A DNA stretch of 64,000 nt from Amoebidium appalachense (taxonomy: Eukaryota > Protista > Ichthyosporea). Where the stretch lies: assembly GCA_963693365.1 (NCBI GenBank), contig CAVNZM010000002.1, positions 6,213,943-6,277,942 of the forward strand, read 5' to 3'. The notes beneath the pieces are model-generated. The model was given only the letters and a program-made list of their open reading frames with translations, was not told where the DNA came from and searched no databases. The stretch's first letter is position 1. Every line of letters begins with the position of its first letter. Below are positions 1-54,634 of the stretch, one piece after another. The translations under genes were made by a program, and so were the position numbers.

Positions 1-87
1 GATTGCTCAAAGTGAGAAGTAGGAAATGCTTTGTGTTGCATCGTAGAGGGAAAAAAGTGTGTGGGTGTTGGATTTGCACTGTAAGTG

Positions 88-140
<53 letters not shown>

Positions 141-457
141 TGTGTGTTGTGTGTGTGTGTGTGTGTCTGCGCGCGTGTTTGTGTGTGTACATGCGCATGG
201 GAAAGCCGGTTTACAACACGGTGTCTCAAGGTCAAGAGTGAGGGAATGGAGAAGGAGGAGGGGGGGGAAGGGGGGACAGGGGGGGGGAGGGGGGAGGGAT
301 GGGGAAGAGGGGGGAGGTTGAAGGCATACAGGGTGGGTACAGGGATGCTGTGCATGCGGTAGCTCGGCGGTAGGTCGGGAGGGAGCACAAGATCCTGCAC
401 CATATACCGTCATTTACCCGTATGTCATGTGTTGGGCCATGCCCCTCAAAACACAAA

Positions 458-488
<31 letters not shown>

Positions 489-578
489 GTGCATGCCCCC
501 CCCCCCCCCCCCCAAAAAAAAACCCCCCAAACACATTTTCATCCACACCCACACCCAAAACCCATGCACACACACACA

Positions 579-619
<41 letters not shown>

Positions 620-3600
620 GCCTATTTCCTCCCATGAGCATTCCCTATCATATCCCATGGTGTGTTCACCACCCAGATAACCTTTCATTCCTGTTGCCCC
701 AAATATGTTTACTCTACAAGAAAGCTGATGATGTTCAAGCGAAAAAGACCACACAATGAATGGAAGGCGACAAAAGAATGGTTGGGAGAAAAAGGTATGA
801 GCAATGCGAAAGACCCATTGGCGAGAAAACACACAGAAGGTACGAAAAGGATTGGAGGAGGACGGGGGGGCGGGGGAGGAGGAGGGCGGGGAGAGGGGGA
901 GGGATTTATGTCGGGAGCTGGGGGGTGTGGTGTGGGGGGGGGGGGGGGGGGATGGAGGGAGGGGGGGGGAGGGGGGGGGGGGGGAGAGAGAGAGAGAGAG
1001 AGATGATATGTCCGTGCAAGAGCAGTTGCTTACATCACCTCCCGGCACATCTGCAAAACATGCAAGTCAGCTGCCGTTTAAACACCACAGATGATTGGCT
1101 CATCACATGCTTTAATACCTTCCCCCCCTTCACTACTGCCCTCACGATACCTTTAGACTCCTCCCTATATTCTTGGGCATACATGGAACATAACCCTTAA
1201 AATCCCTTGCTCCACAACTTGCGTATACGCCGTGCACACACGGCCATGTGGGCCAAATCCAGAATAGATGGGTTAGTTGTACTATTTCCATTCGTCTTAT
1301 ACACCCACAAAACTGAACTGCAACTAGAAAAATAGAATTGAGGGGTTTCCGGGGGGGGGGGGGGGGGGGGGGGGGAGGGTGGGCAGAGGTGGGAGGGGGG
1401 AGGGGGAAGAGAAGAAAGCAGAAGAAGAAGCGGAAAGAGATGGGAAAAAACGATCTTTCCTCCTTCCTTTCTTCTTTTTTTCTCCCTCGATTCTTTTTTG
1501 TTTCGAGGGGGAGGGTCGTGTGTATTTGTGTGGTTTGGGGAGGAGGCCGCCACTGGGGGGAGGGGAGGGGGGAGGGGACGGTGAGGGGGGGGGGGGGGGG
1601 GGGGGGGGGTTGCATACTGTCTTTTGCACCCTCCAGCACGGACAGCACCTCCTGCAGGTGTATGTCCACGTGCACCATGCTGCAAGTCACGTGCCATCAC
1701 CGTGTGAGCAAACCACACAGCAACCCCCCCCCCCCCCCCCCAAAAAAAAAAAAAAAAACCTCACCACACAACTACTGCATGTCCGCCCATTCCTGTTTGC
1801 CCCCCCCCCCCCCCTGCAACCTCATCCTCCTCCCGCCACAAGGGAATAGCTAAGACAGGGTGTAAACAAGAAACAGCCCCCCTGCCGGCGCTAGTCATAG
1901 GGAATCTTAAATAAAAACACCTCCTTCCCTTTTCGACTTTGGTCTACTTTCCCGGCTCAGTTCCCACCCCTGATTTACCCCCCTTCCCTCAAACTGAAGT
2001 GCCATTGCCACGCATCTCCTCCTCTCTGTAACTCCCCCCATCCCCCTCCTCCTCCCCCCCCCCCCCCAAAAAAAAAAAAAAGCCTTGCTAAATCCAACAG
2101 AAGCGTACGAACAAGCACACCCACGCGCACACACGCACACACACACACACACACACACCCCCACCCCCCCCCCCCCCCCCCCCCCCCCAACACACACACA
2201 CACACACACACACCTCTGGCTGGGTGCCACCTCGGGAACCTCTATCTTTGCAGCCTTAGACCGTCTTTGTGCCCAACTCTTTTTCGCTGCCGCTGCAGGA
2301 GCAGACTCAGTTCCTGCCCCCTCTTCCACCCGCTCATTTATATTTCGGGGGGGGTTCAAGAGTGTTCGGTGGTGGGGGTTCCCTTGGTGGGGATGGTATG
2401 TCTTCATCAATTTCCATATCCACCTCTTCAATATCTGCCTCTTGCTTGATTACGATCCCCGCCTGTGTGTCTGTGTCTACCTCCGGCATGTGTGCGCTTG
2501 GCTCTTCCTTCACCTGTACGGCATCATCACGTGTGTGTGTGCCTGTCTCCTCTTTGGCCTGTACCATTCCATCATGTGTGTGGTTGCTCCCTGACCCTCT
2601 GTCTGTGTGTCCCTCCCTGTGTGCACTGTTGTCCGTTCTCCCGTGTCTGTCCACATCCCTCCCTCGTTCATCCCTCTCTACCCGCTCCCTTTCCTGATGT
2701 CTGCCAGTGTTGTCTGCTCGCCGGGATTCCTCTGTGGGCCTATCCCGGCTACCGTATCTGTCTGAGTCTCTTGCCCTTCCACTGTCTCTGTCCCTCCCTC
2801 TCTCCCTCTCGCGTTCCCTCTCCTTTTCTCTCTCTCTCTCTCTCCCCCGCTCTCTGTCTCGAGCCCTTTCTATGTCCCTTTCCCGTTCTCTCTCCCTCTC
2901 CCGTTCTCTCTCCCTCTCCTTTTCCTTCTGCCGTTCCCGTTCCTTTTCCCTCTCTCTATCCCTCTCTCGCGCTCTCTCCCTCTGTTTCTCCCTCTCCCTC
3001 GCCTTCTCCTTTTCCGTTTCCCTCTCTCTCTCTGTCTCCCGCTGTTTTTCCTTTTGCCTCTGCCGCTCCCTCTCCTTCTCTCTTTCTCTTTCCCTCTCTT
3101 TATCCCTCTCTCTCGCTCTCTGTTTCTCTTTCTCCCTCTCCCTCTCCCTCTCCCTCTCCCTCAACTTCTCCTTCTCTCGTTCTCTCTCCCTCTCCCTCTC
3201 CCTCTCCGTGTCTGTGTCCCTATCCTTCTCTCTCTCTCTCTCTTTATCCCCGTCACCTTTTTCTTTCTCTCTCCCTTCCCCATCGTCCAGTTCACTGCAT
3301 CTTTGTCCCTGCTTTTCCTTCTCTGCCCCTCTTTCACTGTCCCTCTCTGTGTCTTCTTCCCGCTTCTTATCACTCTCTTCCACATCCTCCTTTATAAAGC
3401 CCTTGTCAACCACCTCTTCCTTCTCTTCCTGCTTCTCTCCTTCTTTCTCCTCTTCGGCCTCATCACTAATAGGAATCTCTGTCTCGTTCCGAGGTCCTCC
3501 CCTCCCGGTTTCTTGCATAGCTTCTCTCACTCTCTCAGATGCACCCGACTCTTCTTTCTCTCCTGCACTCACTCGAACACGTATACTCTCCCCGTCACTA

Positions 3601-4538
3601 CTTATAGCTCTTTCTTCCTCCATTACCCTCTCCCTCCCTCTATCTCTACTTACATCTCTCTCGCCCTCCCTCCCTCTCTCCCCTTCTCTGTCCCTGCTTC
3701 TCTCCGTGCCTCTTTCTCTCTCCCTGTCTCTGTCCCTTTCCCTGCTCCTGTCCCCCTCTCTCTCCCTTCCTCTCTCTGCAGGAATGTATCTGCCCCTTCC
3801 TCTGTCTCTGTCTCTGTCTCTCTCCCTGTCTCTTTCCCTGTCTATGCCCGCCTCCCTGTCTGCCGGCCTGCTCGCCTCCCTTCCTATTCTCGCCCTCAAG
3901 TCACCTCCGTCGATCGGCCCGTAACCAAAACTCTCTCTTCGTTCAAATCCCTCTCTTCCCCTTGAAAACTCCTCCCTCCCCCTTGGAACCTCTTCTCTTC
4001 CCCTGGAATTTCCAAGCCTTCCCTCAAGCCTGCCTCCTAAGCTCAACACCCTATCTTCAAACCTGCCTCTCTCGTCCCTCACCCCTCCCAGCCCCCCATA
4101 GTCTATCAGAGGGTCTCCTCTCCGTGCCTCCAAAGCGGCCATCTCTGCGGCCAGCTCACGCAGCCGTCTCTCTCGAAGCAGTAGCTCTAGCTCCAACTCG
4201 TCACGTGTGAGGGTACTGGGGGGGAAGGAATCATGTGTATCGCGCAGTGGATCGCGCAGTGGAACACGTAGATCTCGTGGTAGATCACGTGGCAGGTCAC
4301 GCACTTGGTCCCACGCCAGGTCACGTGGCAGGTCACGTGGCAGGTCACGTGGCAGGTCACGTGGCAGGTCGCGTAGGCCGTGTGTGGTGCGGGAAGGCTC
4401 GCGTAGGTCTCGTAGACTTGCACGTGGCCGGTGCAGGCTGCCCTGCTCGTCCGCCTGTCTGTGCCTGTCGTCATCGTACAGCTGCGAGAGGCGCCCCCGC
4501 GGCAGGTCTCTGCCTATAAGCCGTGGGTCTCTCGCCAT
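1..4538 (-). CDS. Multi-exon gene, 3' end runs off the window; large Arg/Glu/Asp mixed-charge low-complexity protein (nuclear-speckle/splicing-factor-like composition), function unknown
   Basis: ATG at 4538 in accATGG context opens a 734-aa ORF (RDLP repeats, [12 protein letters not shown] tracts). It appears to continue after a 1-nt shift in the G8 run at 2347-2354 (EPPRNINERVEEG...) to a donor AG|GTGTGT at 2214/2213. Further tentative small exons lie at ~1620-1680 (MVHVDIHLQEVLSVLEGAKD), ~1087-1195 (LCSMYAQEYREESKGIVRAVVKGGKVLKHVMSQSSV), ~1034-1050, ~622-713 (VNIFGATGMKGYLGGEHTMGYDRECSWEEI) and below 450; these boundaries are uncertain. Confidence 0.7.
4273..4374 (-). repeat. 12-bp coding tandem repeat (TCACGTGGCAGG)n on +, encoding (RDLP)n
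   Basis: About 8 perfect or degenerate units visible; they translate to LPRDLPRDLPRD in the 2334..4538 ORF. Confidence 0.9.
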
Positions 4539-4559
4539 GGTAAAAGCTCACAGGGACGG

Positions 4560-4880
4560 GCGCCCCCGGTTGTACATATGTCTGCAAGTTCATAAACAGC
4601 AGTCGGTGCATAACGTGTTTCTCTGCAGCTGAGTGGTCTTCAAGCCAAGGCCTCCAAATACAACGGGCCCGGACACGAGTTTGCGCAATCACACTTGTGA
4701 CGTCAGGCGACCGTTCCATGGTGAATAACTTTTTGATTGGTTCATAAGCTGAAAGCGCTGATTGGAGGTCTTCAGGAATGGGCGGGAAATTTGGCGTCAC
4801 CCATGCACAATTTGAATCACATTGAACCCCAATTTCGCTGAATAATGTTCTCTTTTATTGATTAAATTCGTAGATTGTCT
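4560..4880 (-). pseudogene. Possible degraded P-element/THAP9-type transposase fragment; inverted copy of 7687-7824
   Basis: The translation TNLINKR / PNFPP...SAYEPIKKLFTMER...IAQTRVRARCIW...EKH loosely resembles the 'RNNxINxK..fPxF...AsFxxLKxLYxxE...EKxxV' stretch of THAP9-like transposases (by eye, with a frameshift and a stop). Clear nucleotide homology to 7687-7824 in the opposite orientation. Confidence 0.35.
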
Positions 4881-5929
4881 GACTTCGATCTCTTAGCTGT
4901 CACGTCAACTTCTTTTCCCGATTCTTCACCATGGCAGGTATATAAAGGCTTTCGTTTCTTCTTTTTGTGGTGGGAGGGAGTCCCACTCAGGGGAACGTGA
5001 CTGCAGCATGTGTGTGGTGTGGCCTGGTGTATTCCTACTGCTGTGAGAGTGTGGGGGCATCTCCCTTTCGCGGAGTTTCTCGCTTGAGAAGTGGTTTCTT
5101 CAACGCCTGGTGGTCCACTGCAACCTATGGTAACTTCTACACGCGGTCTACGCTTCTACGCGACCTATCGGCGGTGGGCTGCTGCAACTTCTTCAGCTAC
5201 TTCTGCGCTGCGTGAGTGGGAGGGGCGGCTACTTGGTCGTCGGGGAGCTTTCCAAGTGACTGACAGTCCTTAGCCTCCAGTCGTATGGCAATGACCGGGT
5301 TTGCTTGCATGCATTCTGTAATTGTGTTTTTCTGTGTGTCCTGCCACAACTAGGCCACCTTGTCAGAGAGCTAGATGCAGTTTCTCCGGGTTATCTAGGG
5401 GCCGGGCCCGTTGGGATTGTTTTTTAGCTCAGATTTGGTCTGCATTGCTCTTTTAGAGGCTGACTTGCTTGCTGTGCCTCGGTAGGTTTTGAGGGGGGCC
5501 TGTTGGGAAGCAGCAGTAATGATGTCTTCTTGCGGAGTGTGGTCTGGTCAACATCGATGCATATGACTAGTTGGAGCAAACTAGTTTCACGCATACACGT
5601 ACACTTAAGGTTTTGCCCGCTGGTGTCCTTTGTCACTTGTCGCTTTATTTTTATTTCGTAGCTTTGGCTTTTTCAGTTCTATTGGTGGTTATGTAGCCTG
5701 TGGCTGCACGTTGCCTTCATCAACGGATCAATAAAACCGAGTCAAAAGAAAAAAAAAGATTGTCTGATAAACCGGCTTTCTGTACATGTTTAGGGGGCTG
5801 TGTGCCGCACACGTTGTTGAAACTAGCACGCCCCGAAAAAAGGGAAACGGACTTTCAAGGGAAACGGGAAGGCTATAACGACCTGCACTACAACTGCAGA
5901 TTTAATACAAGTGGCGCTGAAAGCCCAAT

Positions 5930-6586
5930 ATGGGCAAGAAGTGTTCTGTGGCTAATTGCACGGGCGGTTACCAGTCAGAACACAAGAAAGGAATAAAGGT
6001 TTCTGTGTTTAGTTTCCCTAACCAACAGGCCGAACCACAACGTTTTGCGAAGTGGGTTAGCGCCTGCGCCCGCGAGGGTACAGACTGGCTCACCGATTAT
6101 GCGAGTATTTGTGAGAGGCACTTTGCCAAGTCTGATATAGAGTGGTACACTATTTGGGTAGATAGTAAGACAAACGAGACTCTGAGCTACAAGAAAGACA
6201 AACCTAGTCTTACGGCCAGTGCAGTTCCCACGCAGAACATTCCCAATCGCAATACACCAATCACCGCACAAGTTAAAAGGCCAAGCCGAGAAGAACGTGA
6301 AGAGGAAAAGTCCAATAAGAGAAGGTTACAAGAGGCCCAAAAGGAACGAGAACGGCAAGCAGCTGATACTATAAGTGGGTTCACACACCTGCTCAACAAT
6401 ATTCGTGCACACTTGTCTGAGGGCTTTGCAACCTGGCAAATAGTAGGGCAAACAGAGACATACATCCAACTTATGCAGTTAGGCAACTTCATTGTGAATG
6501 TTGGTGGTCAACCACTTTTGACACCTCTTGTCCCGTTTGTTGCATCCATAGTAACAATCACCAGCGAACTTTTGCATAGAACGTGA
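5930..6586 (+). CDS. THAP (C2CH zinc finger) domain protein, probably a truncated P-element/THAP transposase N-terminus
   Basis: Intronless 218-aa ORF with a complete THAP signature: MGKKCSVANC...FSFP...W....ICERHF...L...AVPT, followed by a charged coiled coil (REEREEEKSNKRRLQEAQKERERQ). No DDE core in frame. Confidence 0.85.
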   Translation: MGKKCSVANCTGGYQSEHKKGIKVSVFSFPNQQAEPQRFAKWVSACAREGTDWLTDYASICERHFAKSDIEWYTIWVDSKTNETLSYKKDKPSLTASAVPTQNIPNRNTPITAQVKRPSREEREEEKSNKRRLQEAQKERERQAADTISGFTHLLNNIRAHLSEGFATWQIVGQTETYIQLMQLGNFIVNVGGQPLLTPLVPFVASIVTITSELLHRT

Positions 6587-6927
6587 GCGCAAACACCAAC
6601 CCCTGCAACAGATAGAAGGACATTCATTTCGTTAGGGGTTCCTGATTTTGAAACGGGGAGAGGGGTAGTAGTAACTTTGGCGGGGGGGGAAGGGGGGGGG
6701 AAGGGGCGGGGGAGCCCCCACTTTGGACAGGTGCCGCCCCCCCCCCTCCCCTCCCCCCCCCCCCCCCCCGAGAACCCCCCCCCTTCTCGGGGGGGGGGGG
6801 GGGGAAGGGAAGGCACCTACAGCTTCGGCTAGCAGGGGGGGGGGGGGGAGGGGACCCACCACCCACTTGAGCAGGTGGCCCCTCCCCCCCCCCCTCCTCC
6901 CGGCCCCCGGGGGGGGGGGGGACTTAC

Positions 6928-7126
6928 CCACCTCACAGCTGCAGGCTGCCATAACTACGGTATTAGTTATGACCTGATTGTCTACCGTGATTAGGACTAT
7001 AGTTTCGCAGCGGTTTACATACATTTAGTTCCCAAAACGTAAGCATTGAAGGTTGGTACTTGGACCGCTTAACGACATGAAACTCATTTGGGCTACACCC
7101 TCTGTTCATTGATGCTCGAGGAGCCC
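6928..7126 (-). pseudogene. SWIM zinc-finger-like relic exon (transposon accessory-ORF type)
   Basis: Bounded by GCAG| (7126) and G|GTAAGT (6928). With one frameshift it reads SKYQPSM...RNYIVLITVDNQVITNTVVMAACSCEVG, matching the 'pSM..Y.V.i......a.CxCxxG' lead-in of SWIM domains. The downstream CxH part is garbled by G/C runs. Confidence 0.35.
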
Positions 7127-7162
<36 letters not shown>

Positions 7163-7449
7163 TCCCCCTCCCTCCCTCCCTCCCTTTCTTTGCGGGCCTG
7201 GGCGGGATTGAGTCTCGTCTCCAGTCTCCCCACCACGGGCTCCGCGCGCTGTGTACACACATGCACAAAATTTTACACGTACCTGCACCCACATGCATAT
7301 AATATATGTGTACAACTTGCGCACACGTGGTGCACAAACCAGCGATGCGCACAAAACATAAACATGCAGATGCATTCATCCACACCAAACACACATACAA
7401 TCCCCGCCACACAGACACAAACGAACCTGGCAATACAAGAACGTTTAAT

Positions 7450-7824
7450 AATTCATAATTACGTAATATTCGACAGTACTAACGAATAGAGCCTTTGTGG
7501 GTGGAAAAGATGTTTGGCATCACGCGCAGGCGCGGAGGGGCCCCGAAGAGGGGGGGGGGGGGGGGGGAACCACTCACCTCGCGGAGGTGGGTCCCCCCCT
7601 TAGGAGGGGGTGGGGGTTTGGGGGTAAGAGGGGACCACCAGGCGGGACGTCGATATTTACTACTCCCCACCACCATCTCCTCGTTACAATCAAAAATCAG
7701 ATTGAATGGAACGGGCGCCTGACGTCACAAGTGTTTGCGCAAACTCGTGTCATGGCCCGTTTATCTACAATAGGGAGGCCTTGCTTCAAGCGCTGCGCTA
7801 ACGGTTGCATAAAACATGATATGC
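7450..7824 (+). mobile_element. Fragments of a P-element-like transposase catalytic core
   Basis: 7501-7539 encodes VEKMFGITRRRGG, matching the 'lExxFgxxRxxgG' motif around the catalytic Glu of P/THAP9 transposases, and is preceded by HNYVIF. Same strand as the THAP ORF; broken by stops, frameshifts and poly-G. Confidence 0.5.
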
Positions 7825-7908
7825 GGTTTGGGGTGAATAAGAATGAAAAGCCAATAGTCTAGGGAGATAAGGGGCAACTCACACGAACTGGGTTCAACTG
7901 CCCATGTT

Positions 7909-8774
7909 GTGACTTGCTCACTCGCTCGTCCGCAATTTTCTTTTGACTGGATTTATTCGACAGAAAGATATGCAAGTATGCACGGCATACTGAGAAGACA
8001 ATAAAAAACTTCACGAGTTATCCAGTAACAAGTGCATACTGAGATACCTGAACACTGTGTGAAAATCATATAAATACTCAATGTGACGACCAACAGAATT
8101 CAACAAAAAGTCTAAAGTGGTCACATTGCCAGCCAGTGTAGCAGACAGCCGTAGGGAAAGAGGTAAACGCGACATAAAAACTCACACCTATCAACATGCT
8201 TGCGATTAAAAAGTTCAGCACAAAAGTGGCACCAGCGGCGATGAAAACAAAAATTACAACGCCACTGCACAACTTCCCAGGCAATATCAACATCAGAGCA
8301 CCATACAGACTTATCTACTAGGGTGGTATCCATACGTACAGCAGGAGAAATATATCCTGCCAAAGCTCCCAAAAAGCGATAATGATCGGTACGGTCACGG
8401 TTGCCTAAGGAACATAACACATGCCGACTGAGTTTTACCTTTGATTTCTCTATCAGAACGAGAGAGAAACTTATACTGCGTATGGTAATAACGCGAAAAG
8501 GCAGGAAAAACAGGAAGAGAAAAGAAAGGGGGAGTGAGATAGCGAGAGGAAGAACCAGGTTGAAAGAGGGTAGGCTGAGGACATTCAGAAGTAGCGTTGG
8601 TGAATCGGGGGGGAATTTAGATACCGTTATTGCTTTTGCCTACTGACTCGGTTTGCGCCTGGGCACAGCCCAGCCGAATTGACTCGTATCCGGAATATCT
8701 CCGGAAAATCCCAAATTTGCACCTGGGCGCTGCCCATGTACATGTGGTGACTTGCTCACTCGCTCGTCCGCAAT
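7909..8774. repeat. 28-bp perfect direct repeat GTGACTTGCTCACTCGCTCGTCCGCAAT at 7909-7936 and 8747-8774
   Basis: Both copies read directly; both are preceded by CTGCCCATGT. Confidence 0.85.
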
Positions 8775-10562
8775 AAGCGTGTATGTGAGTGTGCACGTCT
8801 CTGCTTGTGTGCGTTCGTGCGTGTGTCAGCGTGTGTGTATTTGTGTGCTTGAGTGTTTGTGGGTGTGCGCGTGGGTGTGCGCGTGTGCCTGTGTGTGTGT
8901 GTGTGCACACGTGCGGTCACATATGTGTTTTTGCCTACGTGTGTGTGCCGATGACGCAGGCACGTGCATGTTTGTGCATGCTTTAGGAAGTTTCAGGTAC
9001 GTGCCAGGGCAGGAGGAAGCTCTGTGCTCCAAGAGGCATATAATAGACAGATACAGAGTATGAGAAGTACTCGCCTCTTCTGTTAACGTGTCTCCCAGGA
9101 CAGACGTCCGACATATAATTAGCTGAAGGTGGCATCATTCATCCTCCGCTGCTTGGACTATTCAGCTCACAAACCGATTTTGAAACATAGTATCCTAATA
9201 CCAGTACTGGTTACATACATCGGTGTACATTCTATCCGTCTCGGAGATATATAGCTTCTGCCGGGTGACCGGTGAACCTCGCTTCTAATAATTAGATGTC
9301 AGGACCAGAAGATCTAGATCTGTTGGCTGAGTACTGGTGATGTCAAGGGGGAGGAAGAAGGCCGAATTAGGGGCTGAGGGGCGAGGTTGGGGTATGAGCT
9401 AGAAATGGGGAAAGGATGAAGAGGGTGGCAGGGGGACTGGGGGGAGTGGAGACGGGTGATGATCCGAAACCTGGTTGCCTCGAAGGCGGACCGGGGGCCC
9501 CGGGGGGAGGAAGGAAGGGGGGGGGGGGGGGGGGCACGTCTTCTACACTGTGGGGTAGGTGTCTCATGATCCCGCGGGGTGGGGGAACGCAAGTTTGCAT
9601 CGAAACGAAGAATCAGAGAACAAAAATCTAGGACACGACAAGTGAAGGGGAAAGTGTAGGTGGTCTCGAGGCATTGCTGCAGGCTCGCAATGAGGAGAGC
9701 CAAATCGGCTTGGACCTGGAGTGCAATGATTGGTACGGTAAACTTCAAAGACTCCACCAGCACGTTCCTGTGGGAGGGGGGTGTAGGATAAAAATTAATT
9801 CGGAAAAAATGGATAAACTTCTACACAATCTGGAAGAAATGAAGTTGTTATGGTGTGTTTTTTAAAATATTATATAGTTTAATTTTATGGCTTGTTAATG
9901 AGTAAAGTTGAAATCGGCTTTTGCACTATACGTGTAAAAAGAATACATTGCATAAAAATTCGAATTCAACTCTATGGTGACATTCCAATGTGCCAGGACA
10001 TGATCCTATAAGAATATAGTCATGCAAGCATCCTACCGCATTCCTGTGATATAACAATCAGGCTGGCCTGGAACGCTCCTGGAACGTGTCCTGTTGTGTG
10101 CGTTTCCAGCGTGTGTTACTTCCGTGTGTGTCAACCTGCAAAGCATCACAGCTTACTGTTACACCTCAGCCTCTTGTCTGTCCGCGCGCGTGTTTTTTCC
10201 TTAACCGAAGGAAAACTTATGCTATGTTGCCAACCTTAAATGTTTTATTATCATACGGTTATTTGTACGATTGCCTTGGCGATAAGGACTCGCGGCGGTT
10301 CAGAACAAGTTTTCAGTCACCCATATAGCCATCCATGCCATCGGTGTAAACGCCAACAAACCAGGACTCGTATTACTATACGTCGCTGCATATAAGCACA
10401 CTTGCCACTAAGATCTCACACCAACCACTCTAAGTACCGTTTTTTAAAGAATAGAGGTTTTACTAGGCAGCATACTTCAGTACTTTGTGCCACACACTTG
10501 GGCCGCTAGTCCTATGAGCAAAGGGCGGGGTGTGTGACGGGGGTGTGTGCCCAGAGCCCACC

Positions 10563-53080
<42,518 letters not shown>

Positions 53081-54125
53081 ATTCTAATGGGTAAAAGTAA
53101 AATGGGGCATATATCGCGGCTATCTGCAAATATGGGCACAGATAGCACATTAACTTTTTGCGATAAACGTGCTTTTAATTTATGTCATTGGTGTATAAGA
53201 TGTTGCATTACGAGCACGCAGTGCGTGATAAATATTTTATTTTTGGAAGCACGATTTTTGAGCCCATAGAGATAGATCTAGACAACCCGTTCCCACATAG
53301 CGTAGACATAGGTCATCTGTGGTGCCGTCCAGCCAAAAATAGGCTGTTCTAACCTAATTAGGAAAATGATCCTGGCCATGCACTGGTTTGCTGGCAGCCT
53401 AATAGCATGTAGGCGCCCCAGGTGGGATAATTTAAATAAACCGGTCTCTGTATACCGCTTGCAGCATTTATTAGGGCCCAACCACATCAGCAGAAAGTCA
53501 CTGTGAGCTGGACTTCCTCTGTGGAAAGCCAAATTTATAATGATGCAATAAGTAGGCTTATTCTGCCAACAGCGTGCAGGTTTATTCTGCGTGTGCACAT
53601 TTATTCGTTGAACACACAAAATTATTCCCCAAATACAGAGCTCTCCTTCGGGGTGCCTAATTCCGTGAGCAGGATCGCGACACTGCGGAATTATGTTCCT
53701 ATTGCAGCATAAGGGCAGCGTAAGCGTGCTACGTGAAAAGTTATATAGCTTCGATCAACAAGCAAAACGTGAAATTTTCTGCAAAACGCATATATAAAAG
53801 TTCGGCAAAGGCAAAACATGTTCTGCGTTTTTCTGCATGCACAACAGCAGAATGATTCCACAAAAATTCATAGCATACATAATTATTCTGTTAATAATTA
53901 GAAGAGTAAATTCTGCTACTACATGTGGTTTGGCCTTTATTGTTTCGTATCTCGAGATTCATGCTTTCCGTAGTAGCCACTGCGAATTTTCGGCCGCGAG
54001 TTGATACCAAATCCCTGTACATATACACCAAAACTCTCGGGCTACACTTTCTCAACTTTGTACAGACCATCTTTACTGGGAAAGGATCTATTGAACCTTC
54101 AATGATTATCGACAACACCCACACA

Positions 54126-54165
<40 letters not shown>

Positions 54166-54634
54166 AGTAGGGCGTACTTGCATCTGGTTTCGTATGGGCT
54201 ACTGATGATTTTAAAGCAGCCGCCGGTAGAATGGTATATGGCTAAGTTGGCCGATAAGCACCTGAATCAATCGCAAGATAAAAACATTAACGTTATTCTA
54301 TTCGTAACCATAATATATATTGATAATAAAGCTACTACTACTAATGCTCGATTGATTGGGTGCCTGTTATTGACTTCATATTGCAAGTTATTCTCTTCTT
54401 CGTTTGAAGCCTGTCCTCGAATTCTCGTGACGGGTATATTGTACCCGTACAGCAGATAGTTGTTTCATTCTTGCATTTCTTACCCCTCGCTGAATAACAG
54501 ACAAATCTCTACACGCAAATTTGCAATTAATGAATCACGGTATGTATGTGCTATTGATTTTTGCACACAGCCAGAGCTCATTCCTGAGCTCATTACGTTA
54601 TCTAAATCTACACCCCATAATTATTCACAAGAGC

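Noticed and set aside
2465-3965. Long + strand ORFs (310, 405 and 303 aa, Ser/Leu/Pro-rich)
   Set aside because: Antisense shadows of the GA-rich Arg/Glu exon on the - strand.
4471-4800. ORF as an upstream coding exon of the Arg/Glu-rich gene
   Set aside because: Different frame, stop upstream with no clear start, and homologous to the decayed fragment at 7687-7824.
53087-54630. Short ORFs between the convergent EGF and bZIP genes
   Set aside because: No recognisable motifs; likely 3' UTR or intergenic.
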